Assembly: GCA_002633005.1 (NCBI GenBank)
Contig: NMRA01000948.1
Location: 3,629 to 67,628 of the forward strand
Source of the DNA: Phoronis australis
Taxonomy: Eukaryota; Animalia; Phoronida
DNA length: 64,000 bases
Direction of reading: 5' to 3'
Shown: one piece after another, positions 1 through 10,035 of the stretch
How the letters are laid out: every line of letters starts with the position of its first letter
How positions within the stretch are numbered: the stretch's first letter is position 1
Notes under the pieces: model-generated
The model's input: the letters and a program-made list of their open reading frames with translations, nothing else
The model's database searches: none
What the model was told of the DNA's origin: nothing
Translations under genes and position numbers: made by a program

Positions 1-1001
1 ATGTGGTGCTGACAGCGAGCTGGTATACGAAGGTAAATGCATCGACAAAGATTAACGGCATGTTACCATTTACTGCCTGCTTGATTCAGGTTTTTGTGAT
101 TATGAGTCTTAATACTGTTTCATGTGAAGTTCATAATAAGTGCAAACTAATGAGGCATTCAAATTTGTTGCAGCTCTTACTGATGAGGTAGTTCTTTTAA
201 CTAGGAAAATTACGTTTTTATCTGACACCTACCATCATTGGTTCGAGACAACCGAAAGTTAGGATTGAAATTATTACATGCCTTGTATTTTACTGATGGT
301 GGTAACCATACTACTTGGTCTCAAAAAAATTCAATGATTAGATGGACGATTTTCTTAAATAAATTTGAATTATGGGTAGCTTTCCGTAGATATAGTTTCT
401 TGGGAAAAAAGGCGAGATAACCGAAGACCAAACAAAATCACACGCATGAAAGGTCTTGTGTCTACAGAATGCAGCACTGTACCTTAACTTTCATCTTAGG
501 TTCCAAATCACCTATTGTTCAACAGGTCATGCTGGGGGATCCTGGTTTCAGCACACTGGAGGTGCATCTAACTATATCTGTCTGCCCAAGCGCCCTCTTT
601 GGAACAAAAGTGGAGGATGTAGTGCTTACGTCTATGGAGCAGAGTATGAACAGATTGATCAATTCCTGCCTGGCAACCATGAGGGCAACTTGGTAAATCA
701 GAATGTTCCATGTGCCGTCTGCTACAATGGCAAACGTTCCAGTCAGTTGATGATTCCTGCACGTAACGTCTGCTTCCCAGGGTGGACACTGGAGTACCAG
801 GGATACTTAATGACAGGAGCCACTGGACACAAGAACAATTATGATTATGTGTGTGTAGATGAGGCACCAGAAGGTGATCCAGCTGGGTATCGAGATGAAA
901 ATGGTGCTTTGTTCTACGCTGTATGTGCTCAATGTGGCTCCCTTCCTTGTCCCAGTTACATCGGTGGCAAGAAGTTGACATGTGCCGTGTGTACAAAGTA
1001 A
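1..1001 (+). CDS. Short-chain collagen C4-like (NC1-related) Cys-rich domain protein, copy 1; 5'-partial, exons <1-32 and 526-1001
   Basis: Exon 1-32 reads CGADSELVYEG and ends at gtaaat. Acceptor aacag at 521-525 continues in phase: GHAGGSWF..GGASNYICLP..YGAEYE..VPCAVC..MIPARNVCFPGWTLEYQGYLM..YVCVD..CGSLPCPSY..LTCAVCTK*. This is the motif pattern of invertebrate short-chain collagen C4-like proteins. Confidence 0.85.
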
Positions 1002-2139
1002 AGAAGGCATTGACGATAACAGTTATTTTGCCAGTCAGAGAACTACTTATGTTACTTAGCGCAAGAAATGTTTGAAAAGCATGCATGCTCTGTTTAACAA
1101 TTACTCTAAATGAAAAGGTAGACCAGGGTCAGAGCAGTTAGCTGTCCTGCCAAAATCACGGTCATCTATAAGTCAGAAACAAGGTAGTGTTTCAGGAATA
1201 CAAAACTATGGGCAGTCTCTGGCCAAGATTTTAAGATTAAGGTCAATGGAACTTTGACCTTAGTGACCCAGATTTGATCTGTAAACAGACCATTGAATCA
1301 TCAAGTACAAAGTGCTATTCCCCTTTGCTGTTGAGTTTCCAGTCACACTGAGAAACAATTTGTTAAATCTGTTTGGTCACTAGATAAATTGTATGTATGT
1401 GATCCATCTTGCATCATGTCAAGTAAAAAATGGGCATTTTCACTGCTGTTTAGTAAAAATTGTTGAATTCAAAACGTCAGTAAGAAACTGATGTTGGACA
1501 ACAAGGATGTGATAAACTCCAGTTTTCCTGGGTTAGTAAGACAGCTGTTTATGATAATGAATAAAACGTAAGCTAGTATGCTAGCAATCAGGTAAAAACA
1601 CGACAGAAAATACATAAAAAATTGCACTGTGCAGACTTTAAGAAAAATTGTCAGGAATTTTGAATTTTACATGGGTGCCTACATTTACTGTTAACCATAT
1701 ACTAATAAAGCATAAAAATATTTCCAGGTGATCAGTTAAATGGGCCCATATGCGAGGCCTGCACACGTCTGGTACAACGTGTATCAGACCGCCTACAATT
1801 GATTTTTTATACATTTACTTAGGGTTTAGTAATTTTGCATTATCTTAAATGAAGATACTATAATTAACAAGTAAACACTATTACAACATATATGGACAAA
1901 AATGCAAAGTTAAAGAGAATAGTAAATCACTATTTTTAAAACAAAAGCAAGGATTACCAACAATTCAACATACAAAAAACATTTAAATTCTGACACCACA
2001 TGTTATGCTTATTAGACAATTCAGAAAAAAAAAACAGAAAAACCCACCAATTTTTAATGATCAGAACCTTTGCTTTCAGAAATTCCTAGTTTTCGTCAGA
2101 TTTCTAAACAAAGCAAAAAATGCTGCAGAGAATGCAACC

Positions 2140-2550
2140 ATGCGTTGCTGACAGACTCAGGTCACAACAAATAAAGGTGACTTGTGTTGTAGTGCTACAA
2201 GCCAACACAAATTTGAACAGAATGGCCAACATAAGTTAGTACATGATGTGTTGTTGTAAGACAGGCTGATATAAAATAGAACAGAATTTGTTGCTGACAG
2301 ACTAGCAAACACAAGCAAGACACAAAAGTGAGCACTGATGCCTTGTTAGGAGAGAGCAAAACAATTGTGCTTGGTGTTGTTGAAAGACAGACCAACACAA
2401 AATTCTACACCCTGTGATGTCAGACTGGCTATCAGGAAATTGGATAGACTGTGTTGTCAGATAGGCCAAAGCAAAATTAAACAGTCTGTGTTCTCAGAGT
2501 GGCCAACACAATATTGGACACACTGTGAATTGCCAGACTATCCAACTGAA
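2140..2550 (+). repeat. Degenerate ~37-bp tandem array upstream of the copy 2 ATG
   Basis: Units resembling ctgtgttgtcagactggccaacacaaaattgaaca start at 2412, 2449, 2486 and 2523 (period 37), with more decayed units upstream. Confidence 0.55.
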
Positions 2551-2681
2551 GCATGAACAGACCCAATCAACATCAGGTGTAACATGACACTGTTGGGATT
2601 AGAATGTCATGAAGTAAAACTAAGGGAAACAATTAGAGCTGGTCAGAGTCCAAGAACAGGGGAGACAGTGAACACCCAGAG

Positions 2682-5600
2682 ATGAAGAAAGCAAGAATGG
2701 ATAGCACTAGAAATGTAATTTTCAAGATATGTACAGCCATTGTCATGGTAACGCTGATCACATGGAATGGGTACAACACAGAGAAACTTAAGCGCTTGGA
2801 AAATGAACGTGCCATGGTGAAAGAAGATTTATTGAAGGTCTGTTTATTTAATCGTACTGGCTTAATCTGTTTAGTAATTATTCATGAACAAATTTGCCTG
2901 ATTTTCAAAAAAATATTGGCTATTCCTTCAAACAAAGTTGGCTGTGTACAAAAGTTTGAACTCAAACAAAATGTAACTTTTGGTTTTAGGAAAATTAGTA
3001 AATCTTGTCCTTCAAGTGAATACTTGTTCCCTAAGGTAATGTAGGGCCTATAAAAGCCCAAATTCGGCTAAGTTAGGAAAACCATGTCTCAGAAACACCT
3101 GGTTGGATTCTGATGGAACTTTCAGACTCTACATCTTTAAAGCTCTGTTCTCAATAAATATCTAACAAATTGTTTAATTGTTTTAACATGAGCCATTTTT
3201 GTAAGAGGGGATATAAGCAAGTGGGGAGTCTCGCGAGTTTTTTTGAAAAAAAATTAAAGTTACAACAACAAAAACGAAATGATAATTTTGATAACTGAAA
3301 TAGCATTTTTGAGATTTCTCTCGAATACCGTATGTCAAATTTGGTCTTAACGGCTGAAACCATTGCCTTGCTACGAACATACCTTTCTATTTTGTTAAAC
3401 TTTACTAAAAAGTCATGGTCACTTGACCCAATTAATGGCAGAGTGGCATAAAATCAAATCCCACAGGTTTTCTGGTTTTATAAAACTTACACTTTAACTG
3501 AGTTAAAATCTATACCTTTGCAGACTGGCTGCATAAACAGGCTAGTTATAGTTTGGTATCACTAACTAAGAAGTAACAGATACTGCCTTCCATGGGGGCT
3601 TTTCAAAACATGTCATTTTCTGCGTTGAGCAGGTACACAAACCAAGCTAGCACTTCCTCTATAGTCCAGATATTCCTCATCTTGAGTATTGATTTGAAAC
3701 CAGTTTTATAGCAGAGGTATCAAAGACCACCATGAAATTACTGTCAGTGACAACAACCAATTCAAAATTTCATATCACTCCAAAAAGACTATGCACACTG
3801 TAATGTCTCTGTAACCGAGTCTTTGTAACTTGCTGACAGGCTGGCTATAACCCAAGCCCAGCCATTAATTTTGAAACTGAAGGCCACTTTCAACATGTAT
3901 TGCATTTTTGGAGAAAAATAATTCAACAATTTTCTAGATTTCACGTGTTTTTGTGCATAATTACACACATCTAATAAATATATTCATCTTAGCAGAAATC
4001 AGTTACCCTGTCCAAATAAGCCTAACAATAGTTTATAGCTTTCTAATGAGGCACACTGATGAACAACAATAACAAGCTGCGGGGGGGGGGGGGACCTTGG
4101 CCTGAAATTTACCAGAAGTTTGCCTAATGCAGGGTGTTTATCAGGGACACTGACAGTTGCAAAATACTTCAACATGATGGTCTAGCTACTCATTATTTAC
4201 TGAGCAAACAACTTGAAATGACCTGCATATTAAGTAAAGGAGTTAGTAGACATCACAGAAAATTCGCAAAGCTGTTTTCAGGCAACAAAATGTAATTGTA
4301 CTCTCATTTTAGGAAGTTGAGCGACGATCGATAGGGCACGGCATTGCAAAACGAGAACTTCCGAGGCTGGGAAATTTTAGCAAGAGAGGTAAGGAATTGT
4401 TTTCACTGCTTTTTAACAAATTCAGACATAAGGAGTTCTACGATACTTGAGATCACACCATTCATATTAAGTAGAAAATTAGTAGCATACAATACTACCA
4501 CTTGAGACTGGTTGTCAAAAGCATTTTGAACAAAGTCAATCGTGGCTGCCATATATTTTATATATCGTGAAAAAATCCTGTCAACATATACGAAGTCTTC
4601 AACTCAGATCACATGACCATAAAGTCCGCTGTTTCTGTTCAGACTAGGACTCCGTTGTCAGCATAATTCTTGCAATCTATGTTCCAGGTGGTTTACTGAT
4701 CACCAACAGCTGATGTGTGAAAGACCTTTTAGGGTCAACACACTGACCTGTAACTAAAGTGTCCAGCATACTATGACTTAACTTTTTGTATGGTGCTTAA
4801 ATGTTTTCACAATAAAGTACAAGCTTATTTTTCTTGGAACTTATTACTCATTCGAAACACAGGGCTCGGAATGACTAATGACAAAAAAGAAGAAAATTTT
4901 CCAGGTGACGTATTGTTCCAGAAATAGACTTGTGGGATAGATATGTTTTTCTGTGTAAAATTAATCTGAAATAAATGTTTTTGCATGAATAAATGTGTGA
5001 TAAAGAGACAAAAATGAGGAAACTGGAAATCAAAAAAGAAGAAAATCAAAACCAAAAGAGAGGAAATCCTCTTAAAAGAGGTAAATTCTAAGTCCAGGAA
5101 ATATCCACCAAATTATGACCAGATTGTCTAGCTCCAACAATTTTGTAGTCTCCAGACACAGAACTTTGTTACACTCCAAGTCCTTTTTATTCAAGCTATT
5201 GGAGAACTGAACGATTTGCCAAATAGCCTGAAGGGGGCGGATGGTTATGATGACTTCAGACACTTCATCACTTACTTATGCATGTTGTCGTCATCCCTGT
5301 CCCTACCTTTGTTTCAATCATTAACCCTGTACAGTATACAATTCATTGTAAATATCATATAGAAGTTTTAATTTGTTTTTAATTCAATTTGTATATTTAA
5401 TTTGTAAATATTCATTTAATTTAATTTAACTCAATTTAATCTATTAATTTATTCAATTTAATTTATTCCTATAAGAGGACCTTGCTGTATATTAGCCTAT
5501 GGCTAAAGCATGTTTTAAATTAATCCAAAACATGACCATGACCATGACTATAATTATTATTGTTATAGTTTAGCGATTTGATTAGCACTTCACATTTTGC

Positions 5601-7188
5601 TTGATCTTTGAATAATGTACTTGAAGAACAACAGTACTGCTGGTGGTAACTGCTCAATAGAAATAATCATGAAGCTAATTTTCTACATAGGAGGCGCTGT
5701 GTATATTCGATGGGGCAGAAAAACATGTGGTGCTGACAGTGAGCTGGTATACGAAGGTAAATGAATTGACAGCAATTAACATGTTACCATAAACTATCTG
5801 CTTGATTCACTGTAGTTCAATTTGATCACACGATATACTGTTGTTATGTACTATGAAGTTCACAATGCGTGCACACCAATTACATGGCTTATTGCTCAAA
5901 TTTGTTGAAGATCTGCTGGATGCCCCCTAGTTCTTTTAACCACAAAAATATATTATGCTTTAGAGTAATATCTATCAACATTGGACAATAAGTTGCTATT
6001 GCTTATAGACACTGGGTCATGCTTTTATTATTGCATGCCATGTGTTCCACTGATGCCTATAACAACACCACTTGAAGGTCTCGCATTTTCCAGTCAAGAT
6101 GTGAATTTAGATGCACGATTTTCTTTTATTAATAAATTTGAACTCTGGGTATTGTTCCTCAGACCAAGTGTCTCGAATAAAAGGCAAGACAACCAAGACC
6201 ACACAAAAGTGGTCAGTGATGGTCATTTGAGTGGCTTAGCTGCGCCCATCTGGTACAGTTGCAGCACACTACTCCGAAGACGCAACTCCAAATACCTGCT
6301 ACTCCGAAAAAACACTACTCTGAAGACACCCATGTCTCCTCCAAACATGAAGACATTTGTTTCATTTTATAGATGATACATTTTCCTCTGGTGAAGAGAA
6401 CTTCAAAGAAGATATAAGAGTTGTTAATTACAAAAACAGTACTATAGTCATTGAACTTCTTTGTCCAAACTTAAGCTTTTGTGTGGGCATTTTGATACAA
6501 AGTAACAAATTAATAATCCATTTGTGAAACTAGGAGAAAATTATTAAGCTAGGGTGAAAAAATCACAAAATTAAAAAAAACATAGTTATGGGTTTTTTTC
6601 CGTGTACATACAGTAAGATGCAAGTGCATGCTAATGTCTAGTGTGTACGGACGCATCCCTGTGTTTGTGTTAATCTTATTATTAAGCTTCCACGTCAGCT
6701 ACTGTTCAACAGGTCATGCTGGGGGATCCTGGTTTGAACACACTGGTGGGGCTTCGAACTACATATGTCTGCCCAAGCGCCCTCTTTGGAACAAAGGTGG
6801 AGGATGCGGTGCTTACGTCTACGGAGCAGAGTATCAAGAGACTGGTCAATTCCTGTCGGGCAATCATGAGGGCAACTTGGCAGACCAGAATGTTCCATGT
6901 GCCGTCTGCTACAATGGCAAACGTTCCAGTCAGCTGATGATTCCTGCACGTAACGTCTGCTTCCCAGGGTGGACACTGGAGTACCAGGGATACTTAATGA
7001 CAGGATATCATGGACATAAAAACAATTTTGAATATGTGTGTGTAGATGAGGCTCCGGAAGGTGATCCAGCTGGGTATCGAGATGAAAATGGCGCTTTGTT
7101 CTACGCTGTATGTGCTCAATGTGGCTCCCTTCCTTGCCCCAGTTACATCGGCGGCAAAAAGTTGACATGTGCCGTGTGTACAAAGTAA
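2682..7188 (+). CDS. Short-chain collagen C4-like domain protein, copy 2; 4 exons 2682-2837, 4313-4388, 5691-5756, 6713-7188 (257 aa)
   Basis: All introns are GT-AG and phases join (774 nt). N-terminal hydrophobic segment VIFKICTAIVMVTLITW, spacer EVERRSIGHGIAKRELPRLGNFSKR, then GGAVYIRWGRKTCGADSELVYEG and the same C-terminal domain as copy 1. Exons 3-4 are secure; exons 1-2 are inferred from phase fit and architecture. Confidence 0.8.
4860..5097 (+). mobile_element. hAT-like MITE, CAGGGCTTGGAA family (degenerate copy)
   Basis: Starts cagggctcggaatgactaatgacaaaaaagaagaaaa and ends aaagaggtaaattctaagtccag; homologous to 9877-10028 and 23112-23369. Confidence 0.65.
5100..5548 (+). mobile_element. 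5'-truncated CR1/L2-like LINE 3' fragment with (CATGAC)n tail
   Basis: Frameshifted translation RHRTLLHSKSF/FIQAIGELNDLPNSLKGADGYDDFRHFI resembles the ORF2 C-terminus (RT..SFF..AI..WN.LP). It is followed by an AT-rich UTR and catgaccatgaccatgac. Confidence 0.5.
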
Positions 7189-8255
7189 AGAAGCAGTGCT
7201 TGACATTAGTTTATATTTGTAATCAGAACTATAATACTTCATGAGATCTACAACCTCAGGAATAGATTATTTAGGATTCCGCACATCTAAACAGACTTGT
7301 ATCACGTATCTGGTATCTGTATTCAGTGGAGCAAACACAAGGCTGGCACAGCCTGCAGCGTTCGACACAGGTGAAAATGCCCGCTCGAAAATACCAGTAG
7401 CAACATATTGTGCAGATTTGCACTTGTAGAAAATGAAGAACAAAAAAGAAAAAAAAATCCGAACAGCAGACAGTGCCTGTACGAGTCAATTTTTTACTCA
7501 TACTTTACTTTCTCCACTTGTCTGTTGAACGTGTACTCACCTTTGTCGAGCCCTGTCTATGTTCAAAGGAAATGCATGCAGAATCAAGACATAGGCTTTT
7601 GGCTCTTATAATAACGACAAGGGGAACACTAATGAATGCTGAAAATGCGTATCTGATAACCAGAAATATGTATCCACAGTAAGGCCAAAAATGTAGACTT
7701 GACCTCAGAAAAATAAAACGCTGAAAAACCTGCTGGATCAGCTTAAATGTGTCAAGATCACACTGCCAATAAGAGAGTGATACAACAGAAACTGCAAAAT
7801 AAAGGCTATTTCAGCATTTAATGTTAAGTTACAACTGGCAAGCTAGGTAAAATATGACGCCAATTCAAATTTGAGCTAGCTAAAATTTTTCAGTGAAACA
7901 AATGTCCAATAAGTGTCGTGTCTAAAATAGAGAAAAACCGCAAACTGAAATTTTGCCCAAGTTTCAAATCTTTTTTCAGAGGAATATCAATTGTAAAATA
8001 ATGAAAATATAGCAATGAAGTGCAAGTATTGCAGTAAATATGTGGTTCTTATCATTTTCGGATTGCATGTTACCCAAAAAAATCAAGACATCCCAAGAAA
8101 TATTTAGTATAACATTAAAAACAGCAATGATAAGAGGAATTTCATGACGTCTGCGGATCAAAGATGTGCGGTTTGTGCAGGAATTTTGACTGACCCGAGT
8201 GGGCGTGCTGGCTAACCGGGACAGTCTATCATGATAAAATAGCGCTATGTAGCTT

Positions 8256-9490
8256 AAACAAACAAACAAACAAACTGAAAGCGCTCCGAGGAGCGAACCT
8301 TGGCGAAATTAACCAAAAAGATGACGATAAAGATGATGACGAAGATGACGAATATGACGAAGATGGTGGCGAGGATGAACAAAAGAAGTTAATAACATAC
8401 ACATGACGAACGTAGGAGTCCGAAATCAGTAAGAAAAAGGCTAGTCTTGAGCGACACTTGGCGAAATTAAGGAAAAGACGGAGATGATGACGAAGATGAT
8501 GACGATGATGACGAATATGATGATGTTGGTGGCGATGATGAACAACATCACAACATTCATATGACGAATTTAGATGTCATAAATCATTAAGAAATAGGCT
8601 GCAGTCTAGTTCAATTGAAGCTAAACCAACCTGAATGCAGCAAGAGCGCTCAACAAAGGAACAGCGTTATCAGAAAATCTCAAATAACTCAAAAAGTAGA
8701 CGTCGTAGAGAAAAATGGAAAGCATCTTCTGAAAGCCCGTTCAAAGTTCTATCTAAAGTGATGGTATCGCCTAATTCCGTAAATTTTTCGAAAAAAATGA
8801 AATTTTGCGTTTTTTTTAAGAAATTCAAACTCAAATAACTCGAAAACGGTAAGTCTGAGAAAAAAATTGTTACAGGCCATTTGAAAGATAATACTTCAAA
8901 GAATCTACATGCAAAAAATTATGTCTTTTTCTCTTCCCGTGTAAAATCGCACTCCAGAAGACTGAAAATGGGTCAATATGCGCCATATCCGCCATCTTGA
9001 ATGCAACTTCCGGTTTTTTGGCATTGTATAATAGCATGTTACAAGAAACTAATACCTGTAAAAATTCGAAGGAATTGGTCTCATAATGCGCCCTCTAGAG
9101 GAGAAAACGTTTTTAAGCCAAAATCGAGGTGCGCATGCGCGATCGCCAATATTTCCGCCATCTTTAACCGGAAGTAAACAATTTCTAGTATACTTGTAGC
9201 AAACTTCCGGTCCATTTACTGTGCCGATTCTTAGCCTTTTACGTAAAAAATTGTAGCCTTCAGAAGCATTTGAACCTTTAAATGGAAACAAAATGGCCGC
9301 CACAGCCGCCATCTTGGATCCGATTTTGACGAAAAACAATAGGCTTCCACTACTTCCGGAAGTACGTGTTGTGTGTAAATTTCGTGATGATCGGACGAAA
9401 ATTGCGACCTGTATCGTGCGAACAAAAAAAAAAAAAAAAAACTTAGTGGAAGAGCAACATACTTGGCGAAATTTATTTCGCCAAGTAAAA
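8256..9490. mobile_element. Non-autonomous element resembling Helentron-associated (HINE/DINE-like) repeats
   Basis: (AAAC)n at the left end. Two ~160-bp internal units each start cttggcgaaatt and contain a (GAY)n microsatellite. A poly-A run precedes a perfect 13-bp terminal hairpin tacttggcgaaat-tt-atttcgccaagta at 9460-9487, followed by AAA. Confidence 0.55.
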
Positions 9491-9876
9491 ATGTTATTGC
9501 TTTGCACTACTTTCGATTGTGATTAGATGGCCTTTTCACAAAACTGTAGAATAGTTACAGTTTTGTGAAACACCCACAAGCTAGTAATGGCTTGTCTACG
9601 AGGGTACACTTCTACCACTAGAATCACCCTCGTTGATATCATTATTGCCATGGTAATTCTTCTCTTACTTGGCACATAATATGGCTGACAAGTGAAATTC
9701 TGTTTTGTCACAAAGTAATTCACAAAAATAAAGTTAAACAAAAAATTTAGTCTATTGCTAGCATGTTTTGTACAGTGTAGATGTCATATAACAACATTTC
9801 AGACTGGTCTCTAGGTCACATGACGTGACCAACGTATGTCGTGCAAGAAGACATGTCTTATAGTTGTTACTTATCT

Positions 9877-10028
9877 CAGGGCTTGGAATGACCAATGACA
9901 AAAAAGAGGAAAAATTTCCAGGTGATGAGTCATTCCACAGATTTGTGCAAAATAAGTGGTGAATTATCACTGCCGATATTCCTAGTATCTGTATGTTTCT
10001 TGAAAGACACAAAATGTGATAAATATAG
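9877..10028 (+). mobile_element. Partial copy of the CAGGGCTTGGAA MITE family
   Basis: cagggcttggaatgaccaatgacaaaaaagaggaaaatttccaggtga matches the copies at 4860 and 23112; the right TIR is absent and similarity fades next to the POLD1 donor at 10035. Confidence 0.6.
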
Positions 10029-10035
10029 GACTCAC

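Noticed and set aside
568-1086. 172-aa minus-strand ORF (and its twin at 6695-7183)
   Set aside because: Antisense shadow of the conserved collagen-C4-like exon; its conservation is explained by the + strand gene.
1338-1349. Minus-strand SVTG, resembling the start of the next POLD1 exon
   Set aside because: No AG acceptor in the right position, and the continuation (NSTAKG) does not match FGR.MI.
8320-8560. Acidic D/E-rich reading frame
   Set aside because: (GAY)n microsatellite within a repeat element; interrupted by stops and without splice support.
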